Assembly (NCBI GenBank): GCA_965601925.1
Contig: OZ271854.1
Location: 4,463,604-4,527,603, forward strand
DNA: 64,000 nucleotides
Source of the DNA: Alkalispirochaeta sp.
GTDB lineage: Bacteria; Spirochaetota; Spirochaetia; DSM-27196; Alkalispirochaetaceae
Direction of reading: 5' to 3'
Shown: one piece after another, positions 8,608 through 17,713 of the stretch
How positions within the stretch are numbered: the stretch's first letter is position 1
Layout of the letters: every line of letters begins with the position of its first letter
Notes under the pieces: model-generated
What the model saw: only the letters and a program-made list of their open reading frames with translations
The model's database searches: none
Told to the model about the DNA's origin: nothing
Program-made: the position numbers and the translations under genes

Positions 8608-8701
8608 ATTATCAGCAGGACTCGAATTCGAGGCGAATGGTACAATACAAACCCCGGGCGTACCGCACCGGCTGTGAGGAACGTGCGCGATGAGCGCGCG
8701 G

Positions 8702-8992
8702 CTATTTCCGTCTCGCGCGACGTCGTACTCCGTCCCAACGGCCGAATAGGGCGCCGATTACGCACACGACGGCGCCGACACCGCCCGAGATAAGAATATT
8801 GCGCCGGATGCGATCGATTCCCACAATCGTTTCGGTGGCCCTCCGCACGACGGATCTCAACTCGCCGCTCCGTTCGAAGGAGATGAGGGCATCCAGGCCG
8901 AGGCGGACGCCTCCTATGCTCGCAAAGAGTGCGTATCCGACGACCAGGCCGAGTATACCGCCCAGGGCCGCAATAAGCGCCAACCGTCTCAC
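8702..8992 (-). CDS. Small membrane protein (2 TM), hypothetical
   Basis: Two hydrophobic segments. GTG at 8992 follows GGGAGG; an alternative ATG is at 9046. Confidence 0.6.
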   Translation of the reverse strand: MRRLALIAALGGILGLVVGYALFASIGGVRLGLDALISFERSGELRSVVRRATETIVGIDRIRRNILISGGVGAVVCVIGALFGRWDGVRRRARRK

Positions 8993-9015
8993 GTCGCCCT
9001 CCCGACGCTCGGTCT

Positions 9016-10596
9016 TTATGAGAGACTCGGAATCGCGATGCGCCAATACGTTCCCGTGCGTACGTCAGACGCCGCCGTATCGCCCCGCCCCGGCCCCTCT
9101 TCCATGGTCGCACCGAGCTGCTCGCACAACGTTCCGATCAAGGTAAAGCCGAATGAATTGTCCCGCACCGTCGCGGGCTCGATACCGACTCCGTTGTCTT
9201 GTACCGTCAAGGACGCTCCGCGCTGTCCATCCTCGCTTTCGATTCGTACCGATACGGTGGGACCCTTGGAGCGCGATCTCCGGGTACTCTCCGCCGCATC
9301 GGAGGGAAACGCATGTTTTACCGCGTTGAGCACCATCTCGCTCACCATCAACCCCAGAGGAACGGCGCGATCCATATCGGCGTACAACGCCCCCGGAACG
9401 TCAACGGTGATTCGTATTCCGCGATCGTACGGCGCGTACCCCTCTTCGATCTCGTCCACCAGACGCCGGATATACGGCGCGAGCACGATATGGTCGAACG
9501 AACCGACGCGAATGAGGTTATCGTGAACCGCCGAGAGCGCCTGAACACGGGTCCGAATCTCTCCGACCGCCTCGCGAGCCGACTCTTCCAGATCGGCGGC
9601 ACGGAGCGTGAGCAAGCTTGAAACGAGCTGCATGTTGTTTTTGACGCGATGATGTAGCTCTCTGATAAGCATCTTATGCGTCTCATTGGCCCGTTGAACG
9701 CGCTGATACAGCTGTGCGTTGGATATCGCTACCCCTGCGTGGTTCGCAAGAACGGTGGCGAGTTCGATATCCTCGGCGTCGAAGGGATCCACGGAGGTGC
9801 GATCCAGGGTAATCATGCCGATCACCTCGCCGCCGGCGATGAGCGGGATTCCCATCCAGGAACGGATATGTCCCGATTCGAAGAGATTCTCCTCGGTCAA
9901 GAAGTGCGGAAAGTCGCTCCGTATGTCGGCGAGCGCCAACACCATGCCGTTCTTGACGACCCGATAGTTCGGAAATCGTTCGTCGAAGGGAAAGTGTAGT
10001 TCCGCCACCTTGTCCTCGCGTGCAAAGCCGAGGCTTGCCACGACGCTCAGCGAGTCTTCATCCAGGAGCTGAATCGTACCGGTGACGAAGTCGATCGTCG
10101 AGGATAACTTCTCGAGAGTCGCGGCGTAGACCGCCTGAGTGTCTTGAATGGAGCTGTTGAGATCGACCGAAGAGGCGAACACGGCCTGGAAACGACTCGA
10201 GATCTTCGCAATCCGCGGCTCCGGCTCGCCGACGGCGGCTACGTCATGGGCGATCACGATAACGTGATTACCCGTTTCGGCGTGCTCGTTCACCGGTATG
10301 AACACGAGCTCTAATTGGACCTTCTCGGCGCCGCGCAGCAGATAGAGTTGCGCCGACTTGGCCTCACCGGCGAGGGCCGCGTTAATGTGAGAGCTCCACA
10401 TGGGAAGATCGCCGGCCGGCACGATACCGTCAAGCACCTCGCCGATGCTGGGCTGAACTCCGTAGAGCTTGGTCCAGACTTGGACAAATTTCTGGTTGAA
10501 CTTCGTCAAGCGACGCTGACGGTCGAAGGAGAACATCGCCTGAGAGACTCCGCTACGCTGGATTTCCGTCTTGAAGTTCGCGCCGTTCGCAGACAT
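9016..10596 (-). CDS. Cytoplasmic sensor histidine kinase (PAS-like + GAF + HisKA_2/HATPase)
   Basis: GAF (IRSWMGIPLIAGGEVIGMITLD), H-box RELHHRVKNNMQLVSSLL, EMVLNAVKHAF, VQDNGVG, FGFTLI. Confidence 0.88.
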   Translation of the reverse strand: MSANGANFKTEIQRSGVSQAMFSFDRQRRLTKFNQKFVQVWTKLYGVQPSIGEVLDGIVPAGDLPMWSSHINAALAGEAKSAQLYLLRGAEKVQLELVFIPVNEHAETGNHVIVIAHDVAAVGEPEPRIAKISSRFQAVFASSVDLNSSIQDTQAVYAATLEKLSSTIDFVTGTIQLLDEDSLSVVASLGFAREDKVAELHFPFDERFPNYRVVKNGMVLALADIRSDFPHFLTEENLFESGHIRSWMGIPLIAGGEVIGMITLDRTSVDPFDAEDIELATVLANHAGVAISNAQLYQRVQRANETHKMLIRELHHRVKNNMQLVSSLLTLRAADLEESAREAVGEIRTRVQALSAVHDNLIRVGSFDHIVLAPYIRRLVDEIEEGYAPYDRGIRITVDVPGALYADMDRAVPLGLMVSEMVLNAVKHAFPSDAAESTRRSRSKGPTVSVRIESEDGQRGASLTVQDNGVGIEPATVRDNSFGFTLIGTLCEQLGATMEEGPGRGDTAASDVRTGTYWRIAIPSLS

Positions 10597-10669
10597 TTCT
10601 ACAGAGCAGCTTAGACGGTCGCGAGACCCATATCAAGCGCCTGTGCGCCGATTCCCCGAGCGACCGGCG

Positions 10670-11662
10670 TCACCACCGAATAATGTTACCGCCGTAGGTC
10701 AATCCGGCGCCGAATCCGACGGTAAGCACGGTCTGACCGGCCGCGAGCCTCCCCGCGCGCTGCATTTCGTCCAGCGCTAAGGGAATTGAGGCGGCCGAGG
10801 TGTTGGCAAATCGATCCAGGTTGGTAAAAAAGCGGTCGAGCGGCATCTTCAAGCGTTTGGCCGCCGCTTCGATGATGCGCAGGTTGGCCTGATGCGGTAC
10901 GACCCAATCGAGCGTCTCCGGCGTCACACCCTCGGCATCGCACAGCGCTCGTATCGTCCGAACCACGGCATCGACGGCGAACAGATACACTTGTCGCCCG
11001 TCCATATGGATCATCATGTCGACCTCGGTATGACGACTCGCGTCAAAGGGCGTGCGCGTGCCGCCGACGGGGCGCATCAGCGAGGTTGCGCCGCTTCCCC
11101 GCGACTTGAGCCATGATCCCACGATCCGGTGCCCGCCGCTTCCCTGCGAGCTCTCCGGTTCCACGAGCGCCGCCCCGGCGCCGTCGCCGAAGAGAACGCA
11201 GGTGTTACGATCATCCCAATTGGAAATGCGACTCAATACTTCGCTGCCGACGACCAAGACGCGCCGCGCCGTCCCGGCGACGACGAATGAACGAGCCACC
11301 TCGAGGGCGTACACGAATCCCGTACACCCGGCCGAAAGATCGAAGGCCCCGGCCTCCGATGCGCCGATGCGATCCTGAACGATACACGCCGAGGCGGGAA
11401 AGTTCGGATAGTCGGTGGTGGAGCTGGCGAGAATCACCAGATCGATGTCGGATCCAGCGAGGCCCGTTTGCTCCAGTAGCTTCAAAGACACTTCGACGGC
11501 GATATCGCTCGTCGCCTGTCCGTCGGCGACGATGCGGCGCTCTCCGATGCCTGTATGAGAGCGTATCCATTCGTCCGAGGTATCGATGGTGCGAGAGAGT
11601 TCATCATTGGTAACGACGCGCTCGGGAACGTATGAGGCGACGGCGGTTATGGCAGCATGCAT
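10670..11662 (-). CDS. fabH: 3-oxoacyl-ACP synthase III
   Basis: DTSDEWI, AFDLSAGCTGF (Cys), FGDGAGA, VPHQAN (His), ANTSAAS (Asn), GFGAGLT. Confidence 0.95.
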   Translation of the reverse strand: MHAAITAVASYVPERVVTNDELSRTIDTSDEWIRSHTGIGERRIVADGQATSDIAVEVSLKLLEQTGLAGSDIDLVILASSTTDYPNFPASACIVQDRIGASEAGAFDLSAGCTGFVYALEVARSFVVAGTARRVLVVGSEVLSRISNWDDRNTCVLFGDGAGAALVEPESSQGSGGHRIVGSWLKSRGSGATSLMRPVGGTRTPFDASRHTEVDMMIHMDGRQVYLFAVDAVVRTIRALCDAEGVTPETLDWVVPHQANLRIIEAAAKRLKMPLDRFFTNLDRFANTSAASIPLALDEMQRAGRLAAGQTVLTVGFGAGLTYGGNIIRW

Positions 11663-11780
11663 ATCCGGCAGTGTAGGAGCGATGATTTAGTCGGTCAAGG
11701 GACGAGAGTGCGCCGAACGGTCCGTCTTCCCGGATATTCGCCTTTCCAAGCACCATTCTTCCCGGTACGATCAGTCGATA

Positions 11781-13133
11781 ATGAATGGATTCTACGTGTT
11801 GCTCGGACTGTACGCCCTCGCCGGGACGGGAGTGTCGATCGCGGTAATGCGCCGCAACAAAACACAAGGTGAATACTTCGTCGGGGGAGGTACCCTCGGA
11901 TGGGTCGTCTCGGCTATGACCTACGCGGCCACCACGTATTCGGCATTCATGATGGTCGGCTTGGTCGGCCTATCCTACGCGACGGGAATCGGCGCTTTGA
12001 TCTTTGAGGCGGTATATCTCGTTGCGACGGTCCTCCTCTTGTCGGTCTACGGCGGAAAGATCTGGGACATGGCGCGACACCACGATTTGGTATCGCCGAT
12101 GGAACTGTTCGCCGTGCGATACGGACGCATCAGCGCACAAGTCGGAACGGTAGTCGCCTCGTTGGCACTCGTTCCGTACACCGCAGTACAGGTCATCGGG
12201 CTCGCGGTAATCCTGGAGGGTTTCGGCCTCGAGTACGGTGCCGGAGTGTTGTTTGCCGTCGCCGTTATCGGCGTGTGGACGCTTCTCGGTGGGCTGCGCG
12301 GCGTGGCGATAACCGACGCACTTCAGGGATTTTTCATGCTTGCGGTGGCGGTCGCCGCGTTATTCTGGGCGCAGGGAGAGTACGGTGCCGTCGAACTCTC
12401 TTCATTTCCCAACGACGTGTGGACGCCCCGCTTTTTCATCAACCTGACGCTTCCGTGGAGTTTCTTTGCACTCACCAATCCGCAGGTCGTGCAACGACTA
12501 TTCATGCTCCGCCGGCGCGAGGATTTGCGCAGTATGATTATCCTCTTTGCACTGTTCGGTGCGATTTTCACGGTGATCGTGACCTTCGTCGGATTTGCCG
12601 CCCAAGCCGGAACCGCGCAAGGCCTCTTCCCGCCGGTCGAAGATCGGGACCGCGTCATCGTCGAAATCATGACCGGTATGGGCCGCGCATTGGCACTCCC
12701 GCTGGCACTCAGCATCGTATTCGCATCGGTATCGACTGCAAACTCGGTCCTCTTGACCCTGTCGAGTATGGTTACCCGCGATATTCTCGGAACGCGCGAC
12801 TCAACGATGCCGGGACGCGTCGTGATCATCGTACTTACCGCTCTTATCGGGCTGTTCGCCATGCGTCGACCGGCAACGTTGATAGAGCTCTCGGTCTCCT
12901 CATCGCGGGTCCTGATGGTCTTCCTACCCCTCCTCGCCGGAGTCTTTCATCTGAAGCGGGCGGGACGGTGGTCCGCACTCATGCCGCTGGTCGGCGGTTT
13001 TGCCGCGGTTCTGGTCGTAGAGCGCATCCTCCCCTCATATAGCTCACTCGTCTCTTTGGGTATTGCCGCGGCGTTGTTCGCCATAGGGCTCGTATTCGAT
13101 CGCATTGAGCGCGCTGCGGCGCATCGCGGGTAG
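11781..13133 (+). CDS. Sodium:solute symporter (SSS) family transporter
   Basis: EYFVGG, ATTYSAFMMVG, GGLRGVAITDALQG, PQVVQR, STANSVLL. Many TM helices. Confidence 0.88.
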   Translation: MNGFYVLLGLYALAGTGVSIAVMRRNKTQGEYFVGGGTLGWVVSAMTYAATTYSAFMMVGLVGLSYATGIGALIFEAVYLVATVLLLSVYGGKIWDMARHHDLVSPMELFAVRYGRISAQVGTVVASLALVPYTAVQVIGLAVILEGFGLEYGAGVLFAVAVIGVWTLLGGLRGVAITDALQGFFMLAVAVAALFWAQGEYGAVELSSFPNDVWTPRFFINLTLPWSFFALTNPQVVQRLFMLRRREDLRSMIILFALFGAIFTVIVTFVGFAAQAGTAQGLFPPVEDRDRVIVEIMTGMGRALALPLALSIVFASVSTANSVLLTLSSMVTRDILGTRDSTMPGRVVIIVLTALIGLFAMRRPATLIELSVSSSRVLMVFLPLLAGVFHLKRAGRWSALMPLVGGFAAVLVVERILPSYSSLVSLGIAAALFAIGLVFDRIERAAAHRG

Positions 13134-13149
13134 TTGGGGGGCGCCGCGA

Positions 13150-13929
13150 CTACGGATTGCGTAGCAACCGCACGGTGAACTCCCCGCCGAAGTGGCAGGG
13201 ATGCGCGATGGTCGCCTCGCGTCGGTAGACGCGGGGCGGGATACCGATATCGGCAACGAACAACTCTCCGCACTCCGGGGAGCCCATACCGGTCCTGGGA
13301 AAACCGAAGCAGATAGTCGCGTCGGCGACGACGTAGGCGTCGGCGGCGACGCCGGTCGTCGGATCGATCCCACTCGGCGTCTCGAGGGAGAGTATCGTAC
13401 TCCCGCCCGACGGCTGCGTTCCACGCGGAGTATCGCGCGCCGCGCTCCGACACGCGATGAGAATCGGAATGGACCGCTCGATCGCCTCGATGTACTGTCC
13501 GCTGCGCAACACACCGGTAAGGGCGTCGATACACAATGATGGAAACTCGCGAACCGGATCGGAGAGCGTTTTTATCGGGACGCCGGCGTTCGAGCAGGTT
13601 CCGAGCTGTCGCGTCGCGACCTCTCTCGTCGGGGGAATGGGAAGGAGCACCTCTACGTCTCGGCCGTGATTGTGTAAATGACGTGCGACGGCGAGCCCGA
13701 CCGCGCCGGTATACCCCGGTCCCGCGGCGACCAGGACGTGCCCTTCGTCGGTTTGTCGATCACCGATAAGCCGCCACGCCACTGGGAAAGCGCTACGCGC
13801 CGCGGTCTCGATCATTTCGGCCTCGGGAGGGGCCCCGATTGCCGCCGCTCTTGCCAGAAGGTCTGCGGCCTCGTCGGCCGTTATCGCAGAGACCGGATCA
13901 CCGGCGTCGCTCAGAAACAACCTCTGCAT
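13150..13929 (-). CDS. nnrE: NAD(P)H-hydrate epimerase (stand-alone YjeF-N)
   Basis: MIETAA, AGPGYTGAVGLAVARHL, IDALTG, SLETPSG, ADATICFG, ADIGIP. Confidence 0.75.
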   Translation of the reverse strand: MQRLFLSDAGDPVSAITADEAADLLARAAAIGAPPEAEMIETAARSAFPVAWRLIGDRQTDEGHVLVAAGPGYTGAVGLAVARHLHNHGRDVEVLLPIPPTREVATRQLGTCSNAGVPIKTLSDPVREFPSLCIDALTGVLRSGQYIEAIERSIPILIACRSAARDTPRGTQPSGGSTILSLETPSGIDPTTGVAADAYVVADATICFGFPRTGMGSPECGELFVADIGIPPRVYRREATIAHPCHFGGEFTVRLLRNP

Positions 13930-14048
13930 AAAACATACAATAAGCCCACAACGCCCGGTATGTCCAGGAGAGCGCAACATGACGGACCGTGGGAGAAGCT
14001 ATATAGTGAGAGAGCACACCGAGTAAGGGTACAACGGGAGGACGATCG

Positions 14049-14372
14049 ATGGACACGTTCGTTACGGCGCAAGAGATGGTGGAAAAACGGCCCACTGAAG
14101 GGGCGATAGGGCGCATCGTCCACGGTAACGGCATGACGGTCGCGCACTGGGAGTTCGAAGAGGGTACGGTGCTGCCGGAGCATGCACATCCCCACGAACA
14201 GATCGCCCTCGTCGTCGAGGGCCGCCTGCGGCTCACCGTCGGCGGGCGGACGCAGACGTTGAAAGCCGGTGAGGCCGCGCTCATTCCGTCGAACGTACGT
14301 CACGGTGCAACGGCGGTCACGCGATGTCGGGTGGTGGATTCATTCACGCCCAAGCGGGACGATCTGGTCTGA
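14049..14372 (+). CDS. Cupin domain protein
   Basis: PEHAHPHEQIALVVEG...IPSNVRH...DSFTPKRDD. Confidence 0.88.
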   Translation: MDTFVTAQEMVEKRPTEGAIGRIVHGNGMTVAHWEFEEGTVLPEHAHPHEQIALVVEGRLRLTVGGRTQTLKAGEAALIPSNVRHGATAVTRCRVVDSFTPKRDDLV

Positions 14373-14384
14373 CGGTCGCCGGCG

Positions 14385-15017
14385 CTACTCTTCCCCCCGA
14401 CGGCGGCTCGCGACTAACCGCTGGAGGTCGTGGATATTAGTCACGACGATCTTCTCGGCGAAGACTTCCAACCGCCGTTGGTTGGAAAACTGATTGATTA
14501 CCGTACGCACTTGGTCGGGTGAGAGTCCGGCCCAATTTGCGACGTCGTGGGCGGTGACGGCAAACTCGCACCGATCCTGATCCGGGTCCTTATTGGCCAT
14601 CCCTTCGTAGAGCATGAGAAACACGTCGGCAACGCGCGCCTGAATATCGTCGAGTTTGAGAATCATGAATCGCCGTCGTTGATCATAGATGCGGCGCACG
14701 AACGTCTTCAGAAGCGTGAGGGCGATTTGCGGATTACCCTGCATGAGGATTTCGAAATTCGCGCGGTTGAACTCGAGAAGGGTCACTTCATCCAGGGTGA
14801 TAGCGCTGGCGCTGCGCGGCGCCTCCTCGAGGATCGCCATCTCGCCGAACAACTCTCCGGGGTGCAGAATGTCGATTGCCTTCTCGATATTACCCATTAC
14901 CTTGGTGATCTGCACTCGTCCTTCTTGAATCAGATAGAAGCTGTTTCCCGGTTCGTGCTCGCAGAAAATCATCTGATTCTTAGGAATCTTCTTTGCGAAT
15001 CGATCGAATGCGCCCAT
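14385..15017 (-). CDS. Crp/Fnr-family regulator (cNMP domain + HTH)
   Basis: IFCEHEPGNSFYLIQEGRV, GELFGEMAILEEAPRSASA, and C-terminal TAHDVANWAGLSPDQV. Confidence 0.85.
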   Translation of the reverse strand: MGAFDRFAKKIPKNQMIFCEHEPGNSFYLIQEGRVQITKVMGNIEKAIDILHPGELFGEMAILEEAPRSASAITLDEVTLLEFNRANFEILMQGNPQIALTLLKTFVRRIYDQRRRFMILKLDDIQARVADVFLMLYEGMANKDPDQDRCEFAVTAHDVANWAGLSPDQVRTVINQFSNQRRLEVFAEKIVVTNIHDLQRLVASRRRGEE

Positions 15018-15018
15018 G

Positions 15019-15993
15019 TCAATGCTCCAACTGCGCGAGGGCGCTGTCTATTTTCCGTTTGAGCGCCGGATCGTCGGCGACTCCCGATCGCGCCTTCGTA
15101 AGAAAGGCTCGTCCTTTTTGGGTATCGCCGGAGCGGCCGTAGCTTAAGCCGATATGGTAGAGCAGCTCGGCCATTTGCGGATGGCGCGGAGCCTCCTTCA
15201 AAAGCGCGGAATAGTGGCGTATCGTCAGCCCGTAGTCGCCCTTCTCGAAGTAGCTTCGCCCGAGCTGCACCTGCGCCTTGGACCGATACTCGCCCTTGGC
15301 ATCCCGATCGATGACCAGCTTGAAGCCCTCGACCGCCTCGTCGTACTTGCCGTTGGCGAAACTACTTTCGGCCTCGAAAAAGAGCTGGCCGATCTCCGGA
15401 AGATCGGCGCGCGGTCGCGCCCGCCCCGCGGTGGACGAGGTCGAGCGAGCCGATTGGGCCGTCGCCGACTGCCCGGCGCGTTCGATCTGTTTGCGCGCCT
15501 CCTCGGCGTGTCGGCCGCCCGGATACAACTCCAGGTAACGCTTCCAGATATATCGAGCGTGATCGTACTGCCGATTCCGAAAGTAAAACTCTGCGCTCTG
15601 ATGCAATCCTTCGGCGGAATCGATGACGTCGTCCTGGTTAAGCATCGACGAAACCTTCGAGTGGATGCGCCGCAGCTGACCCGAGAAGACCTTGAGCATC
15701 TTAATGATGATTCGCGTGTTGGAAGATACCAGCGACTCGAACTCGGCGACACTGAATTGCACCACTTGCGCATCCGCGAGGACTACGGCGTCCTCCTCGC
15801 GCGGAAAGTGCCCGAGAGCGCTTTTGACCCCGAAGAACTCGCCGGTCTGGATGAGATCGTTTATATCCTGTCCGGTTTCGATATCTCGAGAACGGAGCAC
15901 GACACGACCGGACTTCAAGATATAGACCCGATCATCGACGTCTCCCTGAAAGTAGATAACTGAGTCGGCCTTGTAGGCGACTGGCTTAGGCAA
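15019..15993 (-). CDS. cNMP-binding-domain + TPR protein
   Basis: IYFQGDVDDRVYILKSGRV, GEFFGVKSAL, followed by TPR/BamD-like helices. TTG at 15993 follows GGAG. Confidence 0.82.
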   Translation of the reverse strand: MPKPVAYKADSVIYFQGDVDDRVYILKSGRVVLRSRDIETGQDINDLIQTGEFFGVKSALGHFPREEDAVVLADAQVVQFSVAEFESLVSSNTRIIIKMLKVFSGQLRRIHSKVSSMLNQDDVIDSAEGLHQSAEFYFRNRQYDHARYIWKRYLELYPGGRHAEEARKQIERAGQSATAQSARSTSSTAGRARPRADLPEIGQLFFEAESSFANGKYDEAVEGFKLVIDRDAKGEYRSKAQVQLGRSYFEKGDYGLTIRHYSALLKEAPRHPQMAELLYHIGLSYGRSGDTQKGRAFLTKARSGVADDPALKRKIDSALAQLEH

Positions 15994-16089
15994 GGCTGCG
16001 GTCTCCTGCGAAAACTGTATCCGCTTGCCATGCAAAAATCAAGCCGATGGTTGCTCGCTCGCCTACCATTCAATAGTATGAACGGCAGC

Positions 16090-16884
16090 ATGGCAGTATT
16101 GGAACGAATCGGAAAGCGCGTAATCGACCTCGCCCGCGGTTTTTCGTACGCCATGGGCTTCTTTTATCTCGTTTTGAAGGAGACCGTACTCTATCTACGC
16201 CGACGCCAATCGCGCCGTGTGCTGACCTTTCAAATACTCTTTACCGGCGTGGAGGCGCTGCCGGTGATCAGCATTCTCTCTTTGGGTCTCGGCGCGGCGA
16301 TTATCATCCAGTTGGTATCGTCGCTCTCGCAATTTCTTCAGGGGCAGATCGTATACGCCATCTTGATAACGATCATTACACGGGAATTGGGTCCGATTCT
16401 CACGGCGTTCATCATCGCCGCGCGCTCCGGACCGGCGATCTCCACCGAGCTCGGAAACATGGTGGTCAGCCACGAGATCGAAGCGTACATCGCCAACGGG
16501 ATCAATCCGATCAGTTACTTGGTGGTGCCGCGCTTCCTCGGCGTCACGATCTCCCTGGTGCTGCTCAATATCTATTTCAATATCTTCGGACTCTTCGGCT
16601 CGTTCTTCGTAACCGCGCTGATCACTCCTATCGACTTTCGCGATTACTTTTCCAACCTGCTCAACGCACTCACCGTCGTGGACGTCTCGATATCGATTCT
16701 CAAGAGCGCGGTATCGGGGGCCATCATCAGCACCGTCGCTACCTACTACGGCTTCAAAGTGGAACAGGCCTCGACCGAAGTGCCGGTCATGGCGATCAAG
16801 AGCGTCGGTCAGGGATTCATCCTCATCATCGTCTCTAACGCGGCGCTTACGGCCGCATATTATCTATTAACGCTGTCGAGATAG
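16090..16884 (+). CDS. mlaE: MlaE-family ABC permease
   Basis: RELGPILTAFIIAARSGPAISTELGNM...EIEA...NPISYLVVPR. Start is 16078 or 16090. Confidence 0.88.
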   Translation: MAVLERIGKRVIDLARGFSYAMGFFYLVLKETVLYLRRRQSRRVLTFQILFTGVEALPVISILSLGLGAAIIIQLVSSLSQFLQGQIVYAILITIITRELGPILTAFIIAARSGPAISTELGNMVVSHEIEAYIANGINPISYLVVPRFLGVTISLVLLNIYFNIFGLFGSFFVTALITPIDFRDYFSNLLNALTVVDVSISILKSAVSGAIISTVATYYGFKVEQASTEVPVMAIKSVGQGFILIIVSNAALTAAYYLLTLSR

Positions 16885-16888
16885 TGCG

Positions 16889-17686
16889 ATGGAGATAGAA
16901 CTACAGGACATTACATTCAAAACCGACGAGGTCACGCTCATCGACAAGATCTCGTGCCGTATCTCCGGCGGATCGTCGGTACTGGTGATGGGACCGGCGG
17001 GATCGGGCAAGACGCTTCTCATGAAAGTTATGGCCGGCATCATACCGCCGAGCTCGGGACACGTGTGCTTCGACGGGAAGTCGCTTTTCTCCATGTCGGA
17101 CCGCGGTATCGAGAAAAATCGCCTACGTCAAGGATTCGTATTTCAAGACGCCGCGCTCTGGCAGAATCTGTCGGTGTACAATAACTTGGCTCTCCCGGTT
17201 CAGTATCACTATCCCCGCAGATCGGCGGCGGACGTTCGCTCGCGCATCGAGAAGCTGTGTCGCGCTATGGGATTCAAAGAGGACCTCAACCAACGGCCGG
17301 CTCGCCTTTCGGCCGGTGAACGAAAAGTGGTCTCGATTATTCGCGCCCTCATGCTCGATCCGGAGACGATCTTCATGGACGAGCCGAGCGGGGGGTTGGA
17401 TGCCGCCACGTCCGATCGACTGATCCAGCTTCTCAAAGACCTCAAGGGACAGGGCAAGACGCTGGTCATTGCGAGCCACGACAGCGAGATCGCATCACTC
17501 TTCGCCGATTGGATTCTCGTCATCGACGACGGAACGCTTCTGGCGTTCGACGTCGTGGACAAACTCGTTCGCACAGACGACGAGCGGGTGCGCGAGATTC
17601 TCGCCGATGTGTTCGACTTGAGCTCTACGTACGATAAGGACATTCTCGATATACTGGGTAGTAGTGACTATGATCCGTTTGCATGA
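16889..17686 (+). CDS. mlaF: MlaF/Mkl-family ABC ATPase
   Basis: GPAGSGKT, FVFQDAALW, LSAGERK, MDEPSGGLD, ASHD. Confidence 0.85.
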   Translation: MEIELQDITFKTDEVTLIDKISCRISGGSSVLVMGPAGSGKTLLMKVMAGIIPPSSGHVCFDGKSLFSMSDRGIEKNRLRQGFVFQDAALWQNLSVYNNLALPVQYHYPRRSAADVRSRIEKLCRAMGFKEDLNQRPARLSAGERKVVSIIRALMLDPETIFMDEPSGGLDAATSDRLIQLLKDLKGQGKTLVIASHDSEIASLFADWILVIDDGTLLAFDVVDKLVRTDDERVREILADVFDLSSTYDKDILDILGSSDYDPFA

Positions 17687-17713
17687 CCCGTTCATGGCAG
17701 GAGGACCGCGCCG

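Larger units (their letters stand above)
8369..8625 (+). repeat. Direct repeat with a 180-bp period containing the tRNA 3' end plus terminator
   Basis: CGAGTCCTGCCCCTGCTA(G/A)TAAAAGCGTTGCTTCGCCGGAAAGAAGCAGCGCT-T-run starts at 8369 and 8549. Both copies are followed by GGACTCGAA. Confidence 0.93.

Noticed and set aside
8369-8625. Repeat-spacer-repeat pattern as a CRISPR array
   Set aside because: Only two units, the repeat is tRNA tail plus terminator, the spacer is about 100 bp, and there are no cas genes.
7948-8793. ORFs 7948-8529, 8396-8677 and 8533-8793 across the tRNA and repeat
   Set aside because: They overlap the tRNA and terminators. The repeated peptide LLRRKEAALF is simply a translation of the DNA repeat.
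16030-16035. Apparent head-to-head overlap of the cNMP-TPR and mlaE start codons
   Set aside because: An artefact of longest-ORF calling. Better starts are TTG 15993 (with RBS) and ATG 16078/16090.
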